In this document: piece by piece, positions 49,125-59,267 of the stretch
How positions within the stretch are numbered: position 1 is the stretch's first letter
Layout: the number at the start of each line of letters is the position of its first letter
IMG/VR virus record: IMGVR_UViG_3300032309_002624
Coordinates: 1-64,000 of that record
Direction: 5' to 3' (one strand)
Source: a virus
DNA length: 64,000 nt
The notes under the pieces: generated by a model
What the model was told of the DNA's origin: nothing
Seen by the model: only the letters and a program-made list of their open reading frames with translations
The model's database searches: none
Program-made: the position numbers and the translations under genes

Positions 49125-51846
49125 GTTTACAGAACAAGAAATTGAATCGTTCCTACACGGAAACGACCCTGAAGAATTTATAGTCGCTATTGAGTTCGAC
49201 TACGCATCCAACTCCATTTTTAAAGTAAAAGAGATTCCTGGTAAAGGAAAAGAAATTCGTAAAGATACGTTTACTCCATTCGCGTGGGTAGGTGATTTAC
49301 GAGACATCAACTTTTATGGTGGTTCAAAGGCTGCTCAGAAAGAAGCCATGACCAAACATGGTATAATGATTGATAAACTCGAAACACACGGAAACGAAAG
49401 ATTACAAAAGGGTATGACGTATATTGTCAAATCTCTTAAGGGTTACCGTGAATTGGTTCAGTTTTTCAGAGAAGGTGGATGTGACCCTTGGGGAGAGAGA
49501 ACCAAGGATAAGGTTATGATTCTACCTCCTGTGGAACAATATCTAATATCAAAAGAAAAAAGATTATTCAAAGGATTTGAAGATTATAATCAAGTTACCA
49601 GACTTGTATTTGACTTGGAGACGACCTCTTTAGAACCTAAGGACGGTCGTATATTCATGATTGGAATTAAATCAAATAAGGGTTATCATAAAGTAATTGA
49701 ATGTATTGATGAATCTCAAGAAAGAGGTGCCATCATAGAATTCTTTGATATCATAGACCAACTTAAACCAAGTATTATTGGTGGATATAATTCAGCGAAC
49801 TTCGACTGGCATTGGATATTCGAAAGATGTTCTATCTTGAACATTGACCCGAAAAAGATTTGTAAATCCCTCCACCCACAACATTCATTCACAAGAAAGG
49901 AAAGTATGTTAAAGCTTGCAAACGAAGTGGAACCGTTTACACAAACCTCAATTTGGGGTTATAATGTTATTGATATCATCCATGCTGTACGTAGAGCTCA
50001 AGCGATTAACTCGAGCATCAAATCCGCTGGTTTGAAATACATTACACAATATATTAATGCTGAAGCTCCTGACCGAGTATACATTGACCATTTGGATATT
50101 GGACCTTTCTACACTAAGAAAGAAGAATATTGGTTGAACATACAAAACGGTAATTACAGAAAAGTAGGTTTAGACCCTAAGATTGATACAATTTGTGAAA
50201 GTCGCGAGGACGTATACCTAAAAACTACAGGAGACAATTTGGTTGAAAGATATCTTGACGATGACTTGGATGAAACCCTCAAGGTAGACCAAGAGTTTAA
50301 TCAAGGTTCATTCTTACTTGCGGCGATGATTCCAACAACCTACGAGAGAGTATCCACCATGGGTACGGCAACTCTATGGAAAATGTTGATGTTGGCTTGG
50401 TCGTACAAGAACAACTTAGCAATACCTGCCAAGGAATCGAAGACTGACTTCGTAGGAGGTCTTTCTCGACTACTTAAAGTTGGGTATAGTAAAGATGTAC
50501 TCAAGCTCGACTTCTCGTCTCTATATCCTTCTATTCAACTTGTACATGATGTTTTTCCTGATTGTGATGTTACAGGTGCAATGAAAGGAATGTTGAAGTG
50601 GTTCCGTGATACTCGTATCAAATACAAGAACTTGGCTGAGGAGTATTATACAATAGATAAGAAGAAGTCAGAATCATATGGTAATAAACAATTACCGATT
50701 AAGATTTTCATTAACTCCATGTTCGGTGCGTTGTCGGCTCCTCAGGTTTATGCATGGGGTGACATGTATATGGGAGAACAGATTACTTGTACGGGTAGAC
50801 AATATCTTCGTCAGATGATTAGGTTCTTTATGTCAAAAGGTTATGTTCCTTTGGTAATGGATACTGACGGTGTGAACTTCTCAACTCCTCAAGATGCTAA
50901 GGATAGAGTTTATGTTGGTCGTGGTTTGAATTGGAAAGTTAAATTAGGTAAAGAATATTTTGGACCTGAAGCTGATGTTGCCGAATACAATGACATATTC
51001 ATGAGAGGTGAAATGGCATTAGATACCGATGGTGTTTGGCCGTCATGTATCAATTTGGCTCGTAAGAACTATGCGGTTATGGATGCTAAGGGTAAGATTA
51101 AATTAACGGGTAACAGTATCAAATCTAAGAAGTTACCAATATATATTGAGGAATTTTTAGACAAGGGTATTAAAATGTTACTCAAGGGTGAGGGTAAGGA
51201 ATTTGTTGAATATTACTATGAGTATCTACAGAAAATATTTGATAAGCAAATACCGTTATCTAAAATTGCTCAGAGAGCTAAAGTAAAGTTATCACTTGAC
51301 GAATACAAAAAACGTTTGACAACCAAAACTAAAGCGGGTAATAGTATGTCAAGAATGGCACATATGGAGTTGGCAATAGAAAACAACTTGAATGTAAACC
51401 TAGGTGATATTATTTTGTACGTCAACAATGGAATCAAAGCATCACACGGTGATGTACAAAAAAAGGGTGATGGTGTACAACTTAACTGTTACATGTTAGA
51501 TAAAGATATTTTGGACAATGACCCAACATTGACAGGTGATTATAACGTTCCAAGAGCAATTGTTACATTCAACAAAAGAATTGAACCCCTGATGGTAGTA
51601 TTCAAGGACGACGTTAGAAATGGGTTGATTGTTGCTGACCCTGAAAAACGTGGGATATTCACCGCAGGTCAGTGTGAATTAATAAATGGACATCCGTTGT
51701 CTGATGGAGACCAAGACAGGTTACAAGAAGATGTATTAGACATCACAGAACAAGAATTGAAGTATTGGGAAAAAAGAGGACTCAGTCCTAATTATATGTA
51801 TGATTTAGCCGAAGAAGGGTGGGAAAATAAACTTATGACTGTTTAA
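49123..51846 (+). CDS. polB: Family B DNA polymerase
   Basis: Exo DLETT and GYNSANFD; Pol DFSSLYPSI, KIFINSMFG, DTDG, KNYA. Confidence 0.95.
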   Translation: MFTEQEIESFLHGNDPEEFIVAIEFDYASNSIFKVKEIPGKGKEIRKDTFTPFAWVGDLRDINFYGGSKAAQKEAMTKHGIMIDKLETHGNERLQKGMTYIVKSLKGYRELVQFFREGGCDPWGERTKDKVMILPPVEQYLISKEKRLFKGFEDYNQVTRLVFDLETTSLEPKDGRIFMIGIKSNKGYHKVIECIDESQERGAIIEFFDIIDQLKPSIIGGYNSANFDWHWIFERCSILNIDPKKICKSLHPQHSFTRKESMLKLANEVEPFTQTSIWGYNVIDIIHAVRRAQAINSSIKSAGLKYITQYINAEAPDRVYIDHLDIGPFYTKKEEYWLNIQNGNYRKVGLDPKIDTICESREDVYLKTTGDNLVERYLDDDLDETLKVDQEFNQGSFLLAAMIPTTYERVSTMGTATLWKMLMLAWSYKNNLAIPAKESKTDFVGGLSRLLKVGYSKDVLKLDFSSLYPSIQLVHDVFPDCDVTGAMKGMLKWFRDTRIKYKNLAEEYYTIDKKKSESYGNKQLPIKIFINSMFGALSAPQVYAWGDMYMGEQITCTGRQYLRQMIRFFMSKGYVPLVMDTDGVNFSTPQDAKDRVYVGRGLNWKVKLGKEYFGPEADVAEYNDIFMRGEMALDTDGVWPSCINLARKNYAVMDAKGKIKLTGNSIKSKKLPIYIEEFLDKGIKMLLKGEGKEFVEYYYEYLQKIFDKQIPLSKIAQRAKVKLSLDEYKKRLTTKTKAGNSMSRMAHMELAIENNLNVNLGDIILYVNNGIKASHGDVQKKGDGVQLNCYMLDKDILDNDPTLTGDYNVPRAIVTFNKRIEPLMVVFKDDVRNGLIVADPEKRGIFTAGQCELINGHPLSDGDQDRLQEDVLDITEQELKYWEKRGLSPNYMYDLAEEGWENKLMTV

Positions 51847-52168
51847 GTCCATCAGATGAAAGGATATACCAATTTCCACCAACAAATCTAAATTCAATAC
51901 AAGCAAACTTATCTACAACAACCTCATCATATTCCTCGTCGATTTTTCCGACATCAGGTCTTATGGTGAGGTTTGTCATTGACTTAACAACAATATGGTC
52001 GGTAGTTGATGAATCTAATGTAACAAACGATTGTGCAACTCCTCTAATGATGATACAACTTTCTCCGTTTGTTCTATAATCTAACTCTGATACGACAGAT
52101 ATTTCTGAAGTATTAATTGCTATTCCATTAATTATTCTTCTTGACGGTATCGATTTTACTATTGCCAT
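51833..52168 (-). CDS. Hypothetical protein, probably structural
   Basis: 111-aa beta-rich ORF downstream of the neck gene. Confidence 0.65.
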   Translation of the reverse strand: MAIVKSIPSRRIINGIAINTSEISVVSELDYRTNGESCIIIRGVAQSFVTLDSSTTDHIVVKSMTNLTIRPDVGKIDEEYDEVVVDKFACIEFRFVGGNWYILSSDGLKQS

Positions 52169-52172
52169 AAAA

Positions 52173-53300
52173 TTATATTACGTATATTTGTCGAGGCATT
52201 GCTCTAAATTTCATTTGTTTATTCAAATTTTCTGCAATAAGAGCTTCTCTCTCCATTACTTTTTCAGGTCTCATTCTCGTTAACCAACCTTCAGCCCCGA
52301 TGAGTTCTTCTATTAGTTTAGTTTTTTCATCTTTAGCTTCGGTCAATAAACTTTGATAGTCCATTGTAATCTCGGTGTCAGGTGTTTTAAGGTTACCACT
52401 GTACTTACCCCTAACTCTTGCTAAGGTTTCTTTACAATATGCGGTAAACCATCTTCTAACCCATTGTTGTCCTGGTACATTCAAGTCAGACCAAGTTAAC
52501 TCTTCAATCGGAACGTCAGTAGGTAATTTAATAATATCAGGATTATTTTTGAGACAATCCGCTCTACTATCAGGTTCAACATCGTAATACCAATACCAAA
52601 CCGCTTTACCAACGTATAGGTTATAGTTAGCCCAATTGAACTTACCTCCTGGTGTGTTGTACAAATGGATTAACTTTTTACCGTCAGGTAAACCTGTTAT
52701 TCTATAGGTTAAAGAACCCCCTAAAATTCTGTTTAGAATATTGGCTTCTTGCATTCTAATCAAGTAATCAAAACCTGACATCATAAAGTAAGAACCCTGA
52801 TAACCCATTTGAGCGTATCCAGCTTCAGTTGCTCCTAATCCTACACCACCCATACCAAATCCACCAATTCCTCCCAAACCAAATGCACTCCAAGCTTGGT
52901 TTGAAAACCATAAAAGTTCATTTACTTCTCTACCTGCGGGGATTTCATATGTTTGTGTGTTAGCACTTAATATGAAGTAATCTTTCTTTAAAACCCATGG
53001 ACCTTCTGTTTGAAGTCCAACAATCTTAGAATACGAGTAACTAAACTGTTGTTCAAAATCCATTGTTCTTGTAACAAGGGCTCTTGCAACAGACCTTTCG
53101 TTCATGTTCAAGTTAACAAGGTTAACCCACTGTGAATCAATCAACCATTGGAGAATATATTCTTCATAATCTCCAATTGATAATTCCATTAACGAGTCCA
53201 TCATTTCATCTTCAAGTTCAACACTTCTGAGTGGTGCACCTAATTGATGTTTAATCCTCGTATATATTCTACTTCTTTCTGGTTCTGGTAATGCTGCCAT
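52173..53300 (-). CDS. Neck protein, gp13-like
   Basis: RIKHQLGAPLRSVEL, WVRRW..AYCKE.LARVRGKYSG; TATTTAT at 53306-53312. Confidence 0.75.
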   Translation of the reverse strand: MAALPEPERSRIYTRIKHQLGAPLRSVELEDEMMDSLMELSIGDYEEYILQWLIDSQWVNLVNLNMNERSVARALVTRTMDFEQQFSYSYSKIVGLQTEGPWVLKKDYFILSANTQTYEIPAGREVNELLWFSNQAWSAFGLGGIGGFGMGGVGLGATEAGYAQMGYQGSYFMMSGFDYLIRMQEANILNRILGGSLTYRITGLPDGKKLIHLYNTPGGKFNWANYNLYVGKAVWYWYYDVEPDSRADCLKNNPDIIKLPTDVPIEELTWSDLNVPGQQWVRRWFTAYCKETLARVRGKYSGNLKTPDTEITMDYQSLLTEAKDEKTKLIEELIGAEGWLTRMRPEKVMEREALIAENLNKQMKFRAMPRQIYVI

Positions 53301-53318
53301 ATCAAATAAATATCTTTA

Positions 53319-54857
53319 TTATTCTATTTCGTGTATTAAAGACGATTCATCAAAAATATATTGATAGTGGTCTTTAATTGGATTATTTTCGAATATTAAA
53401 ATCTCGTTATTTTTCGTGTTGATAAATACCAACCAATTTACGTTGTAGGGTTTAACGTTTCCAGTATTGAATACAGTTATTTTACCATTTTCTGTTTTGG
53501 TATTTGAAAACGGTTTAACTTGAGCGGTATATTTTTTGTCTCCTAAATTGATGATTAAATCAATACCTTTAAATGCGTCTGTTTTTTGTCCGTGACCACC
53601 AATTTTTTCTACAGAAGAATCGGGTCCAAAATACCCTTCCATTTTCTTAAGAACTTGGTCTTCAGATTTCTGACCTCTATCCCAAAGTTTTTTTAAAACT
53701 TTGATGATGTTAATAAAGTCCTCGTTGTTTCTTGTAAAAATTTCTTTTTTGAAATGGTCTAAGGCTTTGATTAATCTTACAACTTCTGATGGAGTTCTTT
53801 TCTCTTTTTGACCAAAGTCAAACTTTTTCTCTGGTTTACCTATATTATCTATTTGACGATTGACTGCTTTGGTTAATAAACAAAAAGTGTTGAAGTTTGT
53901 GTTCAAATTATTCAGAACCGACCTTCCCTCTTTTGATTCAACTCCGTAGAAACCTGACATTTCTTTAGTGTTACCTTCGACCCAAAATTGATTGAATACT
54001 TTCTTTAAAACATCGGTAACTCCATCTTGATAGATTCTTTTTATTTTAGAGTTGTTAATTAATTCACGGTAGGCATTTATTTCGTTTGAGTCACAGAACT
54101 CAGGTTCTTTAGATTCTTTCAGAAGGTTTTCCATTTGGTTAGATTCCAAAAGTTTTGTTTCTGTTTTCATTTCGTATAATTTGGATACAAAATCCCAATT
54201 CACCACTTTCCAAAAGTTTGCAATGTATTCATCTCTCTTGTTTCTGTATTTTAGATAATACGCGTGTTCCCATAGGTCTAAACCTAATAGTGGAAAACCA
54301 CCCCCTTCAATAACATTCATCAATGGATTGTCTTGATTTGGAGTCGACATAATTTTCAGTGTGTTTTTTGCGGTTAATACTAACCAAACCCAACCTGAAC
54401 CAAATCTATCTTTTGCAATTGTTTCAAATTTTTTCTTGAATGTTGGGAAACTACCGAATTCTTTTGTGATTTTTTTATAAAGTTCACCTTCGAGTTTCTT
54501 TGGTTTCGGGGTTAACATGTTCCAAAACAATGCGTGATTGAATGCTCCACCAGCATTATTTCTTATCGATTTATCAAAACGACTTATAGTTTTGATTATC
54601 TGTTCAAGTTCTAAATCCCCGTATTTTTTCTTAGATAATGCGTCGTTTAGTTTGTCTACGTACCCTTTATAGTGTTTGTTATAATGAAAGTCCATCGTTT
54701 CTGGGTCAATGAACTGTTTCAGGGCTGAGTAAGAATAGGGTAGTTTTTCTATTCCAATTTTTTTCATTTCTGTGATTAACAACTCTTTTTCTCGGTTAAC
54801 TTTTTGTTCTACTATTTGTGTCTCGAGTTGTTGAATCTTCTCTTCTATTTTATTCAT
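53319..54857 (-). CDS. sod: Fe/Mn superoxide dismutase fused to a C-terminal PD-(D/E)xK-like domain
   Basis: LPYSYSAL, HYNKHY..YV, NHALFW, FGSGWVWL, DLWEHAYY; then E...D..GIDL...QVK. Confidence 0.85.
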   Translation of the reverse strand: MNKIEEKIQQLETQIVEQKVNREKELLITEMKKIGIEKLPYSYSALKQFIDPETMDFHYNKHYKGYVDKLNDALSKKKYGDLELEQIIKTISRFDKSIRNNAGGAFNHALFWNMLTPKPKKLEGELYKKITKEFGSFPTFKKKFETIAKDRFGSGWVWLVLTAKNTLKIMSTPNQDNPLMNVIEGGGFPLLGLDLWEHAYYLKYRNKRDEYIANFWKVVNWDFVSKLYEMKTETKLLESNQMENLLKESKEPEFCDSNEINAYRELINNSKIKRIYQDGVTDVLKKVFNQFWVEGNTKEMSGFYGVESKEGRSVLNNLNTNFNTFCLLTKAVNRQIDNIGKPEKKFDFGQKEKRTPSEVVRLIKALDHFKKEIFTRNNEDFINIIKVLKKLWDRGQKSEDQVLKKMEGYFGPDSSVEKIGGHGQKTDAFKGIDLIINLGDKKYTAQVKPFSNTKTENGKITVFNTGNVKPYNVNWLVFINTKNNEILIFENNPIKDHYQYIFDESSLIHEIE

Positions 54858-54861
54858 GTTC

Positions 54862-54888
54862 GGATTATTCTTTGATTATAAATAATCC
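54862..54888 (-). promoter_or_regulatory. Late promoter TATTTAT (54878-54884) inside a hairpin next to the sod start
   Basis: GGATTATT-11 nt-AATAATCC, ending 4 nt before the ATG. Confidence 0.55.
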
Positions 54889-54897
54889 AGTATTTGG

Positions 54898-56652
54898 TTA
54901 TTTTCTAATTTCATTAATTCTCTTTAGAATTTCTTCCGCGGTGTCGGAGGTGTTTTGGTTATCACCCATCACTGTTGCGATTACCTGTTTCTTGTTGTTT
55001 AGTATATCATATATGATACCTTCGATTGTGTTTTCGAATATTGGATAGTAAACTAATACGTTATTTTTTTGTCCGTATCGGTATGCTCTATCTTCTGCTT
55101 GTGCGTGGTCTGATGGTAAAAATGATAGGTCATTCATTATTACGGCCTCACCAGCGGTTAATGTTAAACCAACACCCGCCGCTTTTATATTTCCTACAAA
55201 AACTTTCACCTTTTCGTTTTCTTGGAAACTATCTACGCTGTGTTGTCTTTCTGGTTTTGACATAGACCCGTCAACTTTCACGGCCGCTTTACCGAAGTGT
55301 TGGCAGATTTTATTTAGTGAATCTGTAAAATTACAAAATATTATCACTTTTTTATCTTGCTCGATAATATTTTCGGCAAGTTCAATCGTTTCATTTATTT
55401 TTTCATCCGCAATAATTTGTCTCACCTTTGTAAGTTTGGTAAATTGAACTGTTAAAGATTTGGACTCCTCAGGATTTTTATCGTACCAATCGTAGTACTC
55501 ACCCATAACTTCTTCATATGCTTTTGATTTTAATCTCAGATAGACAGGAGTAATAATTTTTTCAGGAAGGTCTAATACGTTTTCTTTTAATCTTCTTAAC
55601 ACAAGACCAACAGTCCTGTCTCTAAGTTCTTCAAGGTTTGAGGAACCTGTGACATTCCAAACTTTTCTACCTCCAACATTAAATTGATATCCACTACAAT
55701 ATCTGATAGCATATGCCATCCAGTTTTTGGCGACAGGAGATTCAATAAGATTGAGTAGATTGAAATAGTCCATAGGTCTTGAGGTCATTGGAGTACCTGT
55801 TAACAACCATAACCTATCAACTCTTTTGGCAATATCGTTAATTAATTTCGTTCTTTGTGCGGTAGGATTTTTGATATAGTGTGCTTCATCAACGACCACC
55901 AAATCAAAATTGGCATCAATAATTTGCGATTCATCTTTTTTCTTAGTGTCATGAAAGTTTTTTATAATATCGTAGTTTATAATTACAAAGTCGTGTTCTG
56001 TACTAAAACTTTTACCTTCAGATATGAATATTGACCTGTCTGAGTAATTTTCAATTTCACGTTTCCAGTTAATTTTTAATGTTGCTGGACAAATAATAAG
56101 GACTTTTTTAGCTCCTGTTTCTAATGCGGCGATGATTGTTGAGGTTGTCTTTCCAAGACCCATATCGTCGGCCAAGATAAACTTTTTATTTTCAACAAGT
56201 TTTTGAATTGCCTCTTTTTGATGTTCCAATGGAGGCCTGTGTGAATATTTGTCGTAGTTGAGTACTACGTCTTTTACAGTATTATCTTTAATGATTGCCG
56301 CTTTTGGTAACCAGAAGTCGTGTAGTTCTTCGTGGTCAAACACCTTTCCCCAAATATGGTAAGCCTTTTCTTTATCGGCTAATAGTTTTTCCACCCATAC
56401 CTTTTTTGGTATTTCAGTATACAACTTATCGTCAGCCATTTTTTGTGCAAAGTAAGAATCAAGTATCACCCACTTTTTTGCAACCTTTGGTTGTTTATCG
56501 TGAAATGAAATGATGTACTCTGATTGACTTCTTGTTGGGTAGAATTTTTTATTAATTTTAGATTTTCTTTTTAGTTCAAGCAAATAATTGTTCCCACCCT
56601 CATAGGCTTCTAATAGAGACAACGCTTTTGATTCTAAACTAATATTTTCCAT
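54898..56652 (-). CDS. SNF2-family helicase (SMARCAL1/HARP-like)
   Basis: ADDMGLGKT, DEAH, LTGTP, AAGVGLTLT, QAEDRAYRYGQ. Confidence 0.93.
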   Translation of the reverse strand: MENISLESKALSLLEAYEGGNNYLLELKRKSKINKKFYPTRSQSEYIISFHDKQPKVAKKWVILDSYFAQKMADDKLYTEIPKKVWVEKLLADKEKAYHIWGKVFDHEELHDFWLPKAAIIKDNTVKDVVLNYDKYSHRPPLEHQKEAIQKLVENKKFILADDMGLGKTTSTIIAALETGAKKVLIICPATLKINWKREIENYSDRSIFISEGKSFSTEHDFVIINYDIIKNFHDTKKKDESQIIDANFDLVVVDEAHYIKNPTAQRTKLINDIAKRVDRLWLLTGTPMTSRPMDYFNLLNLIESPVAKNWMAYAIRYCSGYQFNVGGRKVWNVTGSSNLEELRDRTVGLVLRRLKENVLDLPEKIITPVYLRLKSKAYEEVMGEYYDWYDKNPEESKSLTVQFTKLTKVRQIIADEKINETIELAENIIEQDKKVIIFCNFTDSLNKICQHFGKAAVKVDGSMSKPERQHSVDSFQENEKVKVFVGNIKAAGVGLTLTAGEAVIMNDLSFLPSDHAQAEDRAYRYGQKNNVLVYYPIFENTIEGIIYDILNNKKQVIATVMGDNQNTSDTAEEILKRINEIRK

Positions 56653-57020
56653 TATTCGAAATGAACACCATTACCATAGTTTATTAATAGTTCTTCTTCT
56701 TCATCTATATCCCTTAATGCGTAGAATATAAAAGTTCTGTCTTTTTCATTGGTATACCACTCAACGCTTGGTGTTTCTGAGTGATTGTAATAAGACCCAT
56801 AACCTAAAACCAATGCGTGTTCCCTCCAATCCCGAGACCGTGGAAAACAGAACGTGTAGTTAGAGAATACCGGTATCGTTTCATTGTGGCTTTGAGGAAA
56901 AGAAAGAAAAGGGCAAACGTCTATAATATCACCCTTGGTTATCGGCTGAGAAGAAAAAACTCCTAAATTATGTAAGGAACTATTCTTAAGGTAAATTTTT
57001 GTTGGAGGTGCAATTTTCAT
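56652..57020 (-). CDS. SET-domain lysine methyltransferase (start revised to 57020)
   Basis: LGVFS, GSYYNHSETP, ALRDI..EELLINYG. Confidence 0.88.
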   Translation of the reverse strand: MKIAPPTKIYLKNSSLHNLGVFSSQPITKGDIIDVCPFLSFPQSHNETIPVFSNYTFCFPRSRDWREHALVLGYGSYYNHSETPSVEWYTNEKDRTFIFYALRDIDEEEELLINYGNGVHFE

Positions 57021-57062
57021 ATTTGAGTTAAATATAGTTATATAATGAGTATTTATCAATAT

Positions 57063-57575
57063 ATGCAAAAATTAGTTCCAATAACAAGGTTAGGTAAATT
57101 CTTCGGGGCCGAGGATTATGATTTAGATATCGGTATGGGAGAGGAGTGGTTATTAGGTGACATGAATTTTACCGTAGTTCTATATCGTATTGATAGAATA
57201 AAAACAGAAACAGACAATGTGTATGGTGAAGTTTTGGAAGATGGTATACAGTTTTTAGCTCCTGTAGAATTGAAGGGATTGGTACAGGTTATGGCACCGA
57301 CAAACAAATTACTTGGTAATTCTAAAATTGAACAACAGGAGCCGGGTAATATGAAGTTTAGTATATATCAAAAAACCCTTGATGATTTGGGGGTTGAAAT
57401 ATTCTTGGGTGATTATTTGGGGTATTATGAAACTGAGGACCGAGTTAGATATTACGTTGTTAGTGATGATGGTTATGTTAAGTCCGATAACAAGCACACA
57501 TATGGTGGATATAAACCGTTCTACAGAACTGTTATGGCAACATATGTAAGTGAAAACGAATTCAGAGGAATATAA
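57063..57575 (+). CDS. Head closure / neck protein, gp14-like (start revised to 57063)
   Basis: VVLYRID...DNVYGE...F..PVE; TATTTAT at 57050-57056 lies downstream of the first ATG. Confidence 0.6.
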   Translation: MQKLVPITRLGKFFGAEDYDLDIGMGEEWLLGDMNFTVVLYRIDRIKTETDNVYGEVLEDGIQFLAPVELKGLVQVMAPTNKLLGNSKIEQQEPGNMKFSIYQKTLDDLGVEIFLGDYLGYYETEDRVRYYVVSDDGYVKSDNKHTYGGYKPFYRTVMATYVSENEFRGI

Positions 57576-57988
57576 TGAACGTTGTGATTACAGAATCTCA
57601 ATTCGATTCCCTTTTTTTAGGTAAAAAAGTTATGGTATACTTTAATCTACATAAAAAAACATTTTCTGTGTCTTATGATAATAAGGTCATAATGCACGCG
57701 GACTATGTAAAATTGGGAGATGTTGAGTTCAGAGTTAGAACAGGTGGTAGAGATAGAGTTAGGTCTGAAAAACAAAAGAACGTACACGCGTTTGTTATTG
57801 GAAATTTGTTAGAGTATTGTGAATATCCTTGTAAAAATATTCCAAATCCTCCATCAACTAATATTATAACATATAACCCATACAAAAACGAAACCTTTGT
57901 ATATAAAGATGGTGGTCAGCCAATATACACAGCAAAGGAAGTTGATATGATTAATTCAACCAATAAATTATTTGTAGTAAAGAAATAA
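57575..57988 (+). CDS. Hypothetical phage protein
   Basis: VYFNLHK, KNVHAFV, TYNPYK motifs; N-terminal VITESQ. Confidence 0.75.
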   Translation: MNVVITESQFDSLFLGKKVMVYFNLHKKTFSVSYDNKVIMHADYVKLGDVEFRVRTGGRDRVRSEKQKNVHAFVIGNLLEYCEYPCKNIPNPPSTNIITYNPYKNETFVYKDGGQPIYTAKEVDMINSTNKLFVVKK

Positions 57989-57989
57989 G

Positions 57990-59030
57990 ATGTCATTACC
58001 AAAACAGGTTAAACCTACATTACCTTTAGTTCCAAAAAAAGAATTGTCTGCTCGTAGAGAACAATTGCTTGAATTTATCAATAAGGATGGAACGTATTTA
58101 CCCAAATCGGTTTTACATGCGGATTTGGATAGAGGAATGTTGGATTTTGTTAAAGAAGAATTAAAAGTTGTAACCGCGGGTAAAATCGTCCCGATGGTTG
58201 ATATTATTATAACGACTCAGAACTGGGCACAATATTCTGAAACCGCTCTGTTTTCAAATCTCGACTTCAATCCTGAGCCTCCGTTTATTACAGTGGTAAG
58301 ACAACCAGAGGTTAAGTTTGGAACAAACCCATCGTTACAATACACTATACCAAATAGAAAACAATTTTATTATGCCTCCGTCCCAACGTGGAATGGTAAT
58401 GAACAAGGTATGGACATTTATACAATACCTCAACCAGTTCCTGTTGATATTAATTACAGTGTGAAGATTATCTGTAATAGAATGAGAGAGTTGAATCAAC
58501 TTAATAAGATTGTTATGCAGAAGTTTTCTTCAAGACAAGCATACACCTTTATTAAAGGACAGTACGTTCCAATCATAATGAATAATATTTCTGATGAATC
58601 TCAAACAACATTAGAATCAAGAAAATATTTTATACAAAATTATGATTTTACAATGTTGGGTTATTTGATTGACGAAGAAGAGTTTCAAGTAAAGCCTGCA
58701 ATCGCAAGAGTTGCACAAATAATGGAGTTGGATACAACAGTATTGAAAGGTAGAAGAGACAAGTTTCCAAAAAATCCTGATGAATTTTTATCCAACTTTT
58801 TATATGTTGTAGGAAGAACAAGTTTGAGTGATGTTATTGATTTCACAGCAAACCTATCATTCATTGATTCAACGAATGTTGAAAGTTACGATGTTTATAT
58901 CAATGAAGATTATTATGGTAGTGATGTACAGGAAATTCAAATCACAACGAACGATGTTTTAAGAATAGACATAGTAAAAACTGACAACACAAAAGAATCT
59001 TTGATTAAGTTCGAATCTAAGTTAGTTTAA
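57990..59030 (+). CDS. Tail terminator / sheath stabiliser, gp15-like
   Basis: PVPVDINYSV.I...LNQLN; located between neck and sheath genes. Confidence 0.6.
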   Translation: MSLPKQVKPTLPLVPKKELSARREQLLEFINKDGTYLPKSVLHADLDRGMLDFVKEELKVVTAGKIVPMVDIIITTQNWAQYSETALFSNLDFNPEPPFITVVRQPEVKFGTNPSLQYTIPNRKQFYYASVPTWNGNEQGMDIYTIPQPVPVDINYSVKIICNRMRELNQLNKIVMQKFSSRQAYTFIKGQYVPIIMNNISDESQTTLESRKYFIQNYDFTMLGYLIDEEEFQVKPAIARVAQIMELDTTVLKGRRDKFPKNPDEFLSNFLYVVGRTSLSDVIDFTANLSFIDSTNVESYDVYINEDYYGSDVQEIQITTNDVLRIDIVKTDNTKESLIKFESKLV

Positions 59031-59188
59031 TCTTCTCCGTATATATCTTTTTTTTCTTTACACTTTTCGAGGATTAGGTTTTCAAGAAATTTATAAATCT
59101 TTATTCCTCGTTTATCACAGTACTTTTTCAGTATCTCATGTACTTCAGGTGATATTTTAATGTTCTTTATTTCTTTGGTTGTTTTCAT
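59027..59188 (-). CDS. Ribbon-helix-helix DNA-binding protein, 53 aa (absent from the ORF track)
   Basis: Translates as MKTTKEIKNIKISPEVHEILKKYCDKRGIKIYKFLENLILEKCKEKKDIYGED; strand-helix-G-helix pattern of Arc/CopG. Confidence 0.75.
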   Translation of the reverse strand: MKTTKEIKNIKISPEVHEILKKYCDKRGIKIYKFLENLILEKCKEKKDIYGED

Positions 59189-59267
59189 AGGTAGAAAAAA
59201 GGCAGAATTAATTCATACTCTTTACAAATAGATATTCAAAAGTCAAGTTTTTTCATTCAGACACTAA

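Noticed and set aside
57021-57068. Overlapping upstream starts of the SET gene (57068) and gp14-like gene (57045)
   Set aside because: Starts at 57020 and 57063 remove the head-to-head overlap and leave the TATTTAT motif intergenic.
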